Source: a virus
Taxonomy: Duplodnaviria > Caudoviricetes
Length of the DNA: 25,786 nt
Strand: one strand, 5' to 3'
IMG/VR virus record: IMGVR_UViG_3300037419_002575
Coordinates: 1 to 25,786 of that record
The position numbers and the translations under genes were made by a program. The notes beneath the pieces are model-generated. The model searched no databases. It was not told the DNA's origin and saw nothing but the letters and a program-made list of their open reading frames with translations. Numbering within the stretch: position 1 is the first letter of the stretch; every line of letters starts with the position of its first letter. Positions 10,423 to 18,719 of this stretch are shown here, in pieces.

Positions 10423-11223
10423 CTATGGCTGATTCATCATGTGCTTGGCCATTTGCGCAACGAGATTGCGCCGGTCAACACCACTCAGCTTTGCTGGGTC
10501 AATTGCCTGAGAAGGGAGACCCGTTCCTCCACCATTTGTTCCCATTACATTGGGGGCGAATGGGCGGGGATTCTGCTGGAGGAGGCCTTGACTCATTTGC
10601 TGCCAGCGCTCACCGACCTGGTTTACGTCAAAACCGTTCACCATCAAGGCCAGTGCAAATTCTTCCGAAATGCCAGGGTACTTATCCTTGAGCTGATTCA
10701 GCTCAGCGTCAACTTCAGCTTCGGCTTCAGCTTCGAGCTTTTGCTGCTGCTGCTGAAGAATAGTCTGAGCGACCAATTCAAGGCCCTGCTGCATTTGCTG
10801 CTGCTGCGCAGTCAATTCGTCATAGCGCGGGTCCTGGAAACCGGGTTCCTGCTCTTCGGTTTCCTGAGGCTGCTGATTTGGCTGCTGGCCATATCCATAA
10901 GCCTCAGCGATAGCCTGATAAACGCCCTGGGGATTTGTATTCAGCTGGTACATCAGCTGAAGCCCCTGCTCCAAATCCTCGGGACCAATTCCATTCTCAA
11001 CAAAAGGCTTGTAGGCATCAAACTGCGAAAGCTGCTGATTGACGCTTTCAATTCGTTGCTGAGAAGCCTGGTCCCACTTTTGGAAATGTGGAGTCACTGC
11101 GGGGTGAAGCGATTCAGGAATCACGCTAAGAACGTCACTCCAAGCGGGATTTGGCCCTGGAGCATTTTCAACGGCACCGCCGTCAATTCCGCCCTGTACC
11201 TCTCCGCCTTCAATGCCGTCCAT
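10423..11223 (-). CDS. Capsid scaffolding protein (266 aa; start revised from 11283)
   Basis: ATG at 11223 (MDGIEGGEV) follows the AAGGGGA RBS; acidic, Gln-rich coiled coil; immediately upstream of the capsid gene. Confidence 0.78.
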   Translation of the reverse strand: MDGIEGGEVQGGIDGGAVENAPGPNPAWSDVLSVIPESLHPAVTPHFQKWDQASQQRIESVNQQLSQFDAYKPFVENGIGPEDLEQGLQLMYQLNTNPQGVYQAIAEAYGYGQQPNQQPQETEEQEPGFQDPRYDELTAQQQQMQQGLELVAQTILQQQQQKLEAEAEAEVDAELNQLKDKYPGISEEFALALMVNGFDVNQVGERWQQMSQGLLQQNPRPFAPNVMGTNGGGTGLPSQAIDPAKLSGVDRRNLVAQMAKHMMNQP

Positions 11224-11246
11224 AATTTCCCCTTTTCCGGCCCGTA

Positions 11247-11328
11247 CCCCTAGGAATCCCGCCCGGCTGAACCACAGCTGCAATGAATCGAAGCCGTACC
11301 GGGCGGGAAGGTCTAGGGGCCCTAGACC
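11247..11328 (-). promoter_or_regulatory. Structured intergenic leader of the scaffold/capsid genes with alternative pairings
   Basis: TCCCGCCCGG 11257-11266 / CCGGGCGGGA 11299-11308; CCCCTAG 11247-11253 / CTAGGGG 11313-11319; competing GGTCTAGG 11310-11317 / CCTAGACC 11321-11328. Confidence 0.55.
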
Positions 11329-11338
11329 CGTTTACAAG

Positions 11339-11590
11339 TTACTGCGGACCTTCAAGGTCCACAAGAGCGCTGGAGTTTGAATCTGCGGCAACGCCTCGGT
11401 TTGCCCACATCAAAGCTTCACCGAGACGTTCAATGCAAATTCGTCGGTTATCGCCCGGAGGTACATTGTCGATTACCCAGTGAGCCAGATTGGCAAAATT
11501 GGCTCTAGCCGCATTGTGAATTTCAGCCGTAATGTCAGTCGCCGGATGGTACCCAAAATCATTTGTTACACGTTCGTGCGACTGATCCAT
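11339..11590 (-). CDS. Acb2/Tad1-like small helical protein, putative signalling-nucleotide sponge (83 aa)
   Basis: The pattern FGYHP...VPPG.NRRICIERLGEALMWANRGVA matches, by recollection, the helical-hairpin signature (..LEEA.MWAN..IA) of Acb2/Tad1-related phage proteins. Confidence 0.62.
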   Translation of the reverse strand: MDQSHERVTNDFGYHPATDITAEIHNAARANFANLAHWVIDNVPPGDNRRICIERLGEALMWANRGVAADSNSSALVDLEGPQ

Positions 11591-11591
11591 T

Positions 11592-11810
11592 TCACTGACC
11601 CTTCTGCTTTGTCTTCAGCGTTGCAAGACGGTCAGCAGCCTTCTTCTTCTTTGCGGCAGCCTTCGGGTCATCCTGCTGCGGCTGCTTACCCTTCAGAAAC
11701 TGCGGGGGGATTGCCATTGGTTTGCTCCCATACTCATTTGTCCAACGGCGCGCTATCTCCGGGTGATTAGCCCAGAGATAGCGACGTTGAGACTCTGATT
11801 TGAAAGGCAT
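11592..11810 (-). CDS. Small basic phage protein (72 aa; start revised to 11810)
   Basis: MPFKSESQRRYLWANHPEIARRW is a recurrent small head-module protein motif; ATG lies 1 nt after the upstream TGA. Confidence 0.7.
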   Translation of the reverse strand: MPFKSESQRRYLWANHPEIARRWTNEYGSKPMAIPPQFLKGKQPQQDDPKAAAKKKKAADRLATLKTKQKGQ

Positions 11811-11811
11811 T

Positions 11812-12081
11812 TCACGCGGTGGACGTCGGCATGTAATCGCAAATCGTCGTCTTGTCGTCAATCGACCGAAGAGCGAAAACCATGTCGTTGACCGTCATTT
11901 GGTCGAGCTTCGCCGCCGTGTAATACGTTCCATTTGCAGCGGCGAGACGGCTTCGCAGCGAACCGACGGAAACATAGTTGGCCGGTGTGGCAAAACCAGA
12001 AGTTACGCCACCCATGTCGGGAACAGCCTTCAGGGAATTCGCGACCGTTACCCGAGTGAATCCCATCGATGCATTAGCCAT
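11812..12081 (-). CDS. Hypothetical protein (89 aa; start revised to 12081)
   Basis: ATG at 12081 (MANASMGF) follows GGGAGG and overlaps the portal stop. Confidence 0.7.
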   Translation of the reverse strand: MANASMGFTRVTVANSLKAVPDMGGVTSGFATPANYVSVGSLRSRLAAANGTYYTAAKLDQMTVNDMVFALRSIDDKTTICDYMPTSTA

Positions 12082-14332
12082 TTGGTGCACCTCCCTCTTG
12101 AGGCATTTGCTGACCAGGCTGACCAGATTGGCCAGGGCCCATTTGACTTGGGTCAGCATTTGAATCCTGTGGGCTTCCAGCAATTGCCTGAAGCATTTGA
12201 TCCGGGACCTGACCCTGATCGACTCCACCAGATGTTACCGCATTTTGGCCTTGCTGGGGAGCGGGCTGCCCAGGAATCATTCCCATTGCCATCATGTGCT
12301 GATTCACGTGCTGCTCGAAAAGCGATTTAATCTCAGGGGGAAGCTGTTCAAATTCCTGAGACTTGCGATACGTATTGTGAATCTGAATGTGCACCTGATG
12401 CGCGTCGTACGAATTGACCGGCACAATAAGTGGAGGCTCGGTGGGGTTCCCGGCCTGATCCACCAAAGGTTGGCCAGTATTTGGGTCGATCAAACCCTGA
12501 GACGGATCCGGCTGACCCGTCATTGGATCGGTCGGCACAAAAGTTTCAGCGTAAGCGCTCATTTGATCCTGCGTTACCGCAGCCATGCGCATATTTTCGC
12601 GCGAAGCTTGAGCAGAATCAATCTGTATTTCCTCATACAGTCTATTTACGCCCCCCATGTCCATGAGTTCAAGACCCTTTTCAGGCGGGATGAATCCCTG
12701 GGTCATCATGTCCATAAGGAATGCTTGCTTGGCTGCCTTTGACGTCGGCAGAGAAGAACCGGCCTCAACGCGAATGTCGGTGTTGCCCTTCAAATCAGCA
12801 CCGCTAAATGAAATTACGTTGAAGAATCCGTTCTTACCGACGACGCGAACCTTTCGCGGCATGTCCCAATACTGCTGAACATGGCAAAGGGTTTGGTAGC
12901 CAATCTTTTCAAAGGCCTCTTCAATTCCATTATGCGTCACCGAAAGCATGCTTTCGTCCTGCTCCTGCAAATAGTTGATTGCAGTGGCTGCGGTGACGCC
13001 CGAAGGAACCTGACCCTTTGAAACCTGATGCTGACCAGAAATGTCCTCGAAGTCCATCAAGAGTCGATCGATTTCCTGAAGAACGTACGCGGGCATTTGC
13101 TGCATCGGCATGGGAGTCGGAGCGGGATAACCGAGATTGTACTCAATTACCTGACCCGGCTCCGTGCTAATTTTCGAAGCCGTAACTGAGCCCTTGGCCG
13201 CCAAAAGGCGTTCATGGGCCATTTTGTTTTTGTTCTCGGTGATTTGGCCGCGCGTGCGGTTGTACTCACGCTGAATCGGAATCAAATCAGTGATTATGCT
13301 GTCAGCGTAAAAGCGACCCGTCGGAATGTGGGGGATTTTCGAAAACGGGTACTGCTGATGTTGGTACGGATTACCCTTGACGAATTGGACGAGCCTGTCA
13401 CCAACGATGGTGAACATTCCGCCGTCGGGTAGAAATTCGACGTTGCCAGGCTTTACCCACACCTCGTAGCAAACGACGGAGTCCTTGCGGAATTGTCCAG
13501 CGCCCACGAGGTTGAGGAAACTGTCGTTGATGATGTCGGACGCTTCCATGACATTTGGAGGAACGACGAGACCATAATTCAGCTTGACCCATTCCGGGGT
13601 GCGGGTTTGCAGCTGAATTACGTACGGCTGATCCTCAATGTCTTCCTGCATCAAATCAGGAACAAACAAATGGAACGGCGTCACATTATCAAAGCAGAAA
13701 TCACCGTCAGCGGGCTTTTCCTTCATACCCTGCATTTGCAGGATCAGCGCTTCCTGCTGATTCGGTGGCTGCCACTGGGAACTCTTTTTGTTGGGATCCC
13801 AGTACGTCTTGATAAAGCCAGTCCCACAGCAAAGCGTCCACAACATTGCCTGACGAAATGTTGCGTGAATCTTTTTCTCGCGGTAGACCGATTCCCAAAT
13901 TTGTTCACCAGCCTGAGCGGCTGCCAAATCAGAATCATCACTCGTGGACGGAACAATTGTCGCCGACGGTTTCTGCGACGTCAGTTTGGATAGTTCTGTA
14001 CGAATGATTGGACGAATGCGATTGATGACAGGGCGAGCGCGATAGTATGGAGCGGGGGGAATGTAAAGCCGAACGCCAACGCTAGAACCACTGCTATTCG
14101 ACGTAGGTACAAGCTGAACATTTTGCTTCCCCTGATAGAATGCCAGGTTCAAATACCACTGGCGTTCCAGCTGCATTCGGACGGTCCGGCATCGGAGGTG
14201 AGCGGACTTCGTCCATGAAATGACCTGGTTCTCAAAATCCTTATTCTTGGACCGCGAGGCCAACTCTGAAATCTGCTCCGTGGAGTAGACATTCGAATCG
14301 GCCCCAGGCACCACAGATGAATTGTTTGCCAT
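12074..14332 (-). CDS. Portal protein (752 aa)
   Basis: AFYQGKQ, INRIRPII, LIPIQREYNR, EDISGQH and SGVTAATAINYLQEQ motifs of P22-like portals; Q/P-rich tail; AAGGAGG RBS; between terminase and scaffold. Confidence 0.9.
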   Translation of the reverse strand: MANNSSVVPGADSNVYSTEQISELASRSKNKDFENQVISWTKSAHLRCRTVRMQLERQWYLNLAFYQGKQNVQLVPTSNSSGSSVGVRLYIPPAPYYRARPVINRIRPIIRTELSKLTSQKPSATIVPSTSDDSDLAAAQAGEQIWESVYREKKIHATFRQAMLWTLCCGTGFIKTYWDPNKKSSQWQPPNQQEALILQMQGMKEKPADGDFCFDNVTPFHLFVPDLMQEDIEDQPYVIQLQTRTPEWVKLNYGLVVPPNVMEASDIINDSFLNLVGAGQFRKDSVVCYEVWVKPGNVEFLPDGGMFTIVGDRLVQFVKGNPYQHQQYPFSKIPHIPTGRFYADSIITDLIPIQREYNRTRGQITENKNKMAHERLLAAKGSVTASKISTEPGQVIEYNLGYPAPTPMPMQQMPAYVLQEIDRLLMDFEDISGQHQVSKGQVPSGVTAATAINYLQEQDESMLSVTHNGIEEAFEKIGYQTLCHVQQYWDMPRKVRVVGKNGFFNVISFSGADLKGNTDIRVEAGSSLPTSKAAKQAFLMDMMTQGFIPPEKGLELMDMGGVNRLYEEIQIDSAQASRENMRMAAVTQDQMSAYAETFVPTDPMTGQPDPSQGLIDPNTGQPLVDQAGNPTEPPLIVPVNSYDAHQVHIQIHNTYRKSQEFEQLPPEIKSLFEQHVNQHMMAMGMIPGQPAPQQGQNAVTSGGVDQGQVPDQMLQAIAGSPQDSNADPSQMGPGQSGQPGQQMPQEGGAPNG

Positions 14333-14348
14333 TCACCTCCTTTTAAAT

Positions 14349-14684
14349 TTAGTTCAGTCCGAATTCATCAAGAAAGCTACTGTCATCCCGATTATAAGCA
14401 TAATTGGGATCAACACCAGCGCGCTTGAAATCCTCAGCGAGGCGATGAGCAACCGCCTCATCATTCAGCGGATTTACTGGTTCGAGGTCTGCGCTTTGGG
14501 GTTGGTGCGTCGTCATCGCCTGAAGGTTCTGAAACGTCTCCAGATTCTTCGACGTCGCCATATTCGTCAGCGTCTGATTCTGCTTCGTCAGCGTCTGAAT
14601 TTGCTTCCACATCAACCAGAGCGACAGACTCGCCACTGATGACAGGCTCACAATTGCAATTCCGAAGGATACGACGGAAGTCAT
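14349..14684 (-). CDS. Putative membrane-anchored protein (111 aa; start revised to 14684)
   Basis: ATG after GGAGATGGAGA; N-terminal hydrophobic helix VVSFGIAIVSLSSVASLSLWLMW; stop lies just before the portal RBS. Confidence 0.6.
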   Translation of the reverse strand: MTSVVSFGIAIVSLSSVASLSLWLMWKQIQTLTKQNQTLTNMATSKNLETFQNLQAMTTHQPQSADLEPVNPLNDEAVAHRLAEDFKRAGVDPNYAYNRDDSSFLDEFGLN

Positions 14685-14997
14685 TCTCCATCTCCATTGA
14701 CTTTGTGAGCAATTCGTTGTAGCGCTCTGCAATTTCGTTGTGAGCTGCCACAATCTGCTTGTTATTGTTCGTGAACCCGAGCAGCTGTGCAATTTCGGCG
14801 ATGCAGAAAGTGCAGACGTAAACGACGCCGTAGAAATCTACCGTCTTCCCGAAATCTACGAACTGTCGAAAATCGGTGCCACCAGAGTCGCCGCAAATAA
14901 AGCAAACCCCAGGCTTGAGGATTGGGACATTCGTAATCTTGAAACGGGAATTCGGATACTCCTCGGCAATTTGCTGAACGTCTACAGGCTCAATCAC
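14461..14997 (-). CDS. Hypothetical Zn-binding protein with acidic tail (178 aa)
   Basis: CFIC...CTFC pairs; GTGA start/stop overlap with the upstream gene. Confidence 0.7.
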   Translation of the reverse strand: MIEPVDVQQIAEEYPNSRFKITNVPILKPGVCFICGDSGGTDFRQFVDFGKTVDFYGVVYVCTFCIAEIAQLLGFTNNNKQIVAAHNEIAERYNELLTKSMEMENDFRRILRNCNCEPVISGESVALVDVEANSDADEAESDADEYGDVEESGDVSEPSGDDDAPTPKRRPRTSKSAE

Positions 14998-15425
14998 TGC
15001 TCGGCGTCTTCCTGCGGAGTCGAATCAAACATAGGCGATTCACTTTCGCCATGGACAGATTCAGTCGAACCATCCTGCTGCGGCTCAGACTCGTCTGAAA
15101 CCGTCGATCCTTCCGAATTACCAGACCATTCCTCGTCACTCATTCCCTCCGGCTTCATGTCGGTGCCGGTCTGAACAACGTCATTCGGCTGCTCATCGGC
15201 AAATCGAACGGGGGTGAAATTCGAGGCGACCGTTCCCGTTCGAGGATTTACCTCGGGGGTCCAATCGGGGTAGGTGTTATCCACCACAATTTCGCGCGGC
15301 TCACGGTTTTCAAGCTTTGCCGAACGGTCCTCAAGCTGCTGACGCTCAAGTCGATCCAGGCGCTCATTATTCGCAGCGGCGCCAAGGGTTTCGTTGTTCC
15401 AGATTTCGGGGTCGAGATCAGTCAT
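14994..15425 (-). CDS. Acidic hypothetical protein (143 aa; start revised to 15425)
   Basis: ATG at 15425 (MTDLDPEIW) follows GAGG and overlaps the upstream small ORF as ATGA. Confidence 0.7.
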   Translation of the reverse strand: MTDLDPEIWNNETLGAAANNERLDRLERQQLEDRSAKLENREPREIVVDNTYPDWTPEVNPRTGTVASNFTPVRFADEQPNDVVQTGTDMKPEGMSDEEWSGNSEGSTVSDESEPQQDGSTESVHGESESPMFDSTPQEDAEQ

Positions 15426-15568
15426 TTTTGCCTCACAATTTGACGAGTGCCTACGGGGTGGTGCTGACAATCGCAGCCGGTGCAGTATTTGTGACCACGT
15501 TGGGCTGCTGCATAAGAAGGATCCTGCTTCTGAAAGTCAGCCGAAGTTCTGCACGGTTTACATATCAT
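15422..15568 (-). CDS. Small Cys/His-rich protein (48 aa; absent from ORF track)
   Basis: MICKPCRTSADFQKQDPSYAAAQRGHKYCTGCDCQHHPVGTRQIVRQK; overlaps the terminase stop and the next start, filling the gap exactly. Confidence 0.68.
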   Translation of the reverse strand: MICKPCRTSADFQKQDPSYAAAQRGHKYCTGCDCQHHPVGTRQIVRQK

Positions 15569-17093
15569 CGTTCAAAATCACCCAGTCTGTTTTCCGCTGA
15601 CCAAGACGCTCGGGTGCCAAATTCGGATCGCGATTCCACGGACCAAAACCAGGCATCTTGGCTGACTGACCTCCAATTTGAGGGAGCTGTGCCCTTTCGG
15701 GCATTTTGACCTCTTGCTTCAATTCCGGCATGAAACTGAAAAAGTATCGTGCCGCATCACAAGCGTGGTCATCCTTCTTGTGAATTTGGTCATACGGGTT
15801 GTTCTGGGACTGCTGCTTTTTCGACGCCCATGTTTTCCAGCGCAGGCGACTTATTTCACGGATTAGGTTAGCGCAGTTCCGTGTGATGTGCCAGGAGGGC
15901 GTACCATCCTCGCGCAAGGTCAGATATTGATTTACCTTTTCCACGCCCGTGGCAACGTCGTTATTCCCAAGCAGCAACCCAATTCCTCGGATAGCATACT
16001 CAGTTTGAATTGAAGTTCCCGTGACGCCCTGCTTTTGTGCGAGTGCTGGGTCACAGATTCTGACTTCGGGGGTGCGTCCGTGTGCAATTTCGCGTTCCTT
16101 GATGACGGACGCGTGGTAATCGACAATTCGCCCTGATTCATAGTGTTCATCAAATGTCACTACCTGATTATCTGTGTCAGCCGCATGCCACAAAACTGCG
16201 GTCGGATTATTGAAACCGTGGTCGAGAGACATGTAATGCTTATACTGAGGTCCACGGAATTCCTCGAAATCGACGGGATCGATGACGTGGATTTTGGGGT
16301 TGAAGCTTTTATAGACGAGGCCGCCCATCTGGACGAATTTACCGGAGCCGCGCGCGTTACGTTCATCTTCAGAAAGAGAACCGAGGAAGATTTCAACTTC
16401 GTCCCTGTCGAGGTGAGGATTCTCGGTCATATCGACCTCGACAATTTCAATGCCGGGATCGCCGAGAATTCCCTTTTCGTAAACGGTGTCGTAAATCCAA
16501 GTCATGCCCTCGACGGGCGTCATTGTGATCCAGGCGTGTCCTTTTCGGTCGATGAGTCGGGCCATGTTTTCAGTGTAGATGGTTTCCGGCGGCTCTTCGT
16601 CAAAATGAACGAAATCACGACTGGTTCCTGCGAATTTATCCAGGTCCTGGTCGTAGGACATGAGTTCAACGAAGGATCCGTTTTCCAAATTGAGTGTTCG
16701 CGTAGAAGCGTCATAAGCACTGAACCAGCTACCTCCTCGCAATTGAGACGGTGGTAGCCATTGCTGGAGCTGTGGTTTGATGATTTTCTCAATTCCATTG
16801 AGAAAGTCAACCGAAATGATTCGTCCAGCGATTGGGCGATTCGGAATTTGCTGGTAAGGGTGAGTTCGTGTGAGCCACCAGATATCCTCGACAATTCCTC
16901 CTGTAGTTTTTCCAGACCGATTTCCGCCAATGTATAGGCGGATCCTTTTATTACTGTTGTGAAATTTTCGCTGCTTAGAGTGCGGCACATATGAATTGAT
17001 GTCTGGGAACTCAGCAACTCTTGCAAGGTTTTCCCCGAGGTCTCGAAATGCATCCTGGAGACTGGCAATTTTCGGAACTGTACGCTTCGGCAT
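15558..17093 (-). CDS. terL: Terminase large subunit (511 aa)
   Basis: Walker A GGNRSGKT, Walker B VHFDEEP, ITMTP coupling motif, nuclease motifs SLDHG and DDHACDAARY. Confidence 0.95.
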   Translation of the reverse strand: MPKRTVPKIASLQDAFRDLGENLARVAEFPDINSYVPHSKQRKFHNSNKRIRLYIGGNRSGKTTGGIVEDIWWLTRTHPYQQIPNRPIAGRIISVDFLNGIEKIIKPQLQQWLPPSQLRGGSWFSAYDASTRTLNLENGSFVELMSYDQDLDKFAGTSRDFVHFDEEPPETIYTENMARLIDRKGHAWITMTPVEGMTWIYDTVYEKGILGDPGIEIVEVDMTENPHLDRDEVEIFLGSLSEDERNARGSGKFVQMGGLVYKSFNPKIHVIDPVDFEEFRGPQYKHYMSLDHGFNNPTAVLWHAADTDNQVVTFDEHYESGRIVDYHASVIKEREIAHGRTPEVRICDPALAQKQGVTGTSIQTEYAIRGIGLLLGNNDVATGVEKVNQYLTLREDGTPSWHITRNCANLIREISRLRWKTWASKKQQSQNNPYDQIHKKDDHACDAARYFFSFMPELKQEVKMPERAQLPQIGGQSAKMPGFGPWNRDPNLAPERLGQRKTDWVILNDDM

Positions 17094-17237
17094 TTACCCC
17101 TTTTTATAAGAAACGAGCGGCTTCTTACATCTAACGCAAAGCCATCTCATTTTTGCGCGAGACTCAACTTTACGAACCCAGTCCTCTTTGAATTTGTAAA
17201 CTAAATCACTTGAGCAATCGCAAAGTTCTTCTTCCAT
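17094..17237 (-). CDS. Small Cys-containing protein (47 aa; start revised to 17237)
   Basis: GGAGG RBS; MEEELCDC...WLCVRCKK; TAA-ATG coupling to terL; visibly AT-richer than its flanks. Confidence 0.65.
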   Translation of the reverse strand: MEEELCDCSSDLVYKFKEDWVRKVESRAKMRWLCVRCKKPLVSYKKG

Positions 17238-17250
17238 GTAACCTCCGTTC

Positions 17251-17414
17251 GAAAACTTTAAACTCGCTTCGATTTGACGCGGGTCCCCCGAAAAGGCCAA
17301 CCCCGGCCCCTTTCAAAGGAGGCGGCCTCCACTCCTGCGTCGCTCCGGTCCGCCCCCTTTGGGTTCCAGGGTAATGGCCTTTTCCCCGCGTCAATCGGCG
17401 AGTTCAAACTTTTC
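17251..17414 (-). ncRNA. 164-nt rod-like intergenic hairpin in the late transcript
   Basis: Nested minus-strand helices: GAAAA/TTTTC, TTTGAACTCGC/GCGAGTTTAAA, CGATT/AATCG, GACGCGGG/CCCGCGTC, GAAAAGGCCA/TGGCCTTTTC, ACCCTGG/CCGGGGT, CAAAGGGGGCGG/CCGCCTCCTTTG. The G-U pairs favour the minus strand. Confidence 0.7.
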
Positions 17415-18719
17415 TCACACTGATGTTCCGTATACGGTTGTGCCGACTGCGTATTGAACGCCACCCAAATGAATTATTGTGGGGTCGGCGGTCCCACCGA
17501 ATGCCCTGACTGTGGGATTTGCAGTGGGGGTGTCTGAAATGTAAATTCGTGCGCCCTGGTACGCGTTCAAATTGGTACCATCGGTGCCGACTGAAAGCGT
17601 TTCGTGCCCGAGCATGTAGGCGCCTTTGAGGCGTGGGCGAATTCCGTCGGGCAGGGGATCGAAAAGGTTGTACGACGTGTTGCGTGTAATTGCACCCGTT
17701 GAGGGGCCGACGGTGCCGCGCCAGTAGCATTTACCCCTGTTGTCGAGGGCAATTGCAAATGGCTTTCCGGCAACAGCTGTGAGGGTCCACCCTGAAATAG
17801 CCATGCAACTATTCGGGGGAGTGATCCAGGGTGAAATGGCGTCGTGAATGGGCCGCCAGAACCAACCCCAGTTCGCATCCTTGCAGACCAAAATGTAAAT
17901 GGACTTCGTGTCGGTTTTGTAGAACCGATCGCCCAAATCATAGTCGCCGGACTGGGGGAGTGTGGTACCTGAATTTGGAGCTGTCGCCTTACGAAGCTTC
18001 TCGTAATTGTAGTTAATCCAGGTTTCGATGTCGGACATGTAATCCGTCTGGTCGGCGATATTCAATCGGTATTGCGGCGTCTGGCTTGCCCCGCCACCCA
18101 AATTGTTCGCAACGCTGGCAATTGCTCTGACGTAGCGATAGAACTCTTCGGTGCGAGTTCCGGTTTCACGGCTGGATCGCGTCCAGTCCGGAGTGAAGAA
18201 ATTGGTTCGCTGCTGGGTGGAAAGTTCAAGCTGCACACCGGCCAGGCGTCGGTTTTTGTTGGTAATATTGGTCGGATCGGAGCCATCCAATTCGGATGTT
18301 CCCGTGGAGGCATTGAAACCAGCCGCCGTCAAAGCTGCAATGACGGCATCACGATTTACCGTGTCCAAACCACCGACATAGGTTTGAGGCACGCCGGGGG
18401 TAATGTCAGCCATGCCGTGAAAACTGAAGCAGTAATTCGAATTGCCCACCATATCAAGAGCGGTGGGTTCATCAAAATTGGTTGACGTAATGTGCAGTTC
18501 ACCATTGTTGCTGGGGCGCAGCGCTTCGAAGCTGTAGAAATTGTGCCTACAGAATGCGGCGACACCGGAAGCCAATTCGGTGGTACCAATTTCAATGCCG
18601 CCGCCGTGAATGGCAATTGAAATGGCCGATGACCGCTGCTTTCGAATGTCGAGTCGCCAATCAACACCTTTAACCGTCGCTGCGGCCAGTGCTGCAAAAT
18701 TGGCGTAGAGGTCCGCCAT
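17415..18719 (-). CDS. Tail-associated protein with N-terminal poly-gamma-glutamate hydrolase (PghP/DUF867-family) domain (434 aa)
   Basis: AIHGGGIE.GTTELA, FYSFEA, LHITSTNFDEP, SFHG and GVQLELS are the PghP-type Zn-peptidase motifs; the C-terminal half is tail-fibre-like. Confidence 0.85.
   Translation of the reverse strand: MADLYANFAALAAATVKGVDWRLDIRKQRSSAISIAIHGGGIEIGTTELASGVAAFCRHNFYSFEALRPSNNGELHITSTNFDEPTALDMVGNSNYCFSFHGMADITPGVPQTYVGGLDTVNRDAVIAALTAAGFNASTGTSELDGSDPTNITNKNRRLAGVQLELSTQQRTNFFTPDWTRSSRETGTRTEEFYRYVRAIASVANNLGGGASQTPQYRLNIADQTDYMSDIETWINYNYEKLRKATAPNSGTTLPQSGDYDLGDRFYKTDTKSIYILVCKDANWGWFWRPIHDAISPWITPPNSCMAISGWTLTAVAGKPFAIALDNRGKCYWRGTVGPSTGAITRNTSYNLFDPLPDGIRPRLKGAYMLGHETLSVGTDGTNLNAYQGARIYISDTPTANPTVRAFGGTADPTIIHLGGVQYAVGTTVYGTSV

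Noticed and set aside
11224-11283. N-terminal extension MQLWFSRAG of the scaffold ORF
   Set aside because: It lies inside the intergenic stem; the RBS supports the ATG at 11223.
17206-17464. ORFs 17206-17394 and 17258-17464, and the N-terminal extension of 17094-17300
   Set aside because: They run across the 164-nt hairpin without a good RBS; the supported start is 17237.
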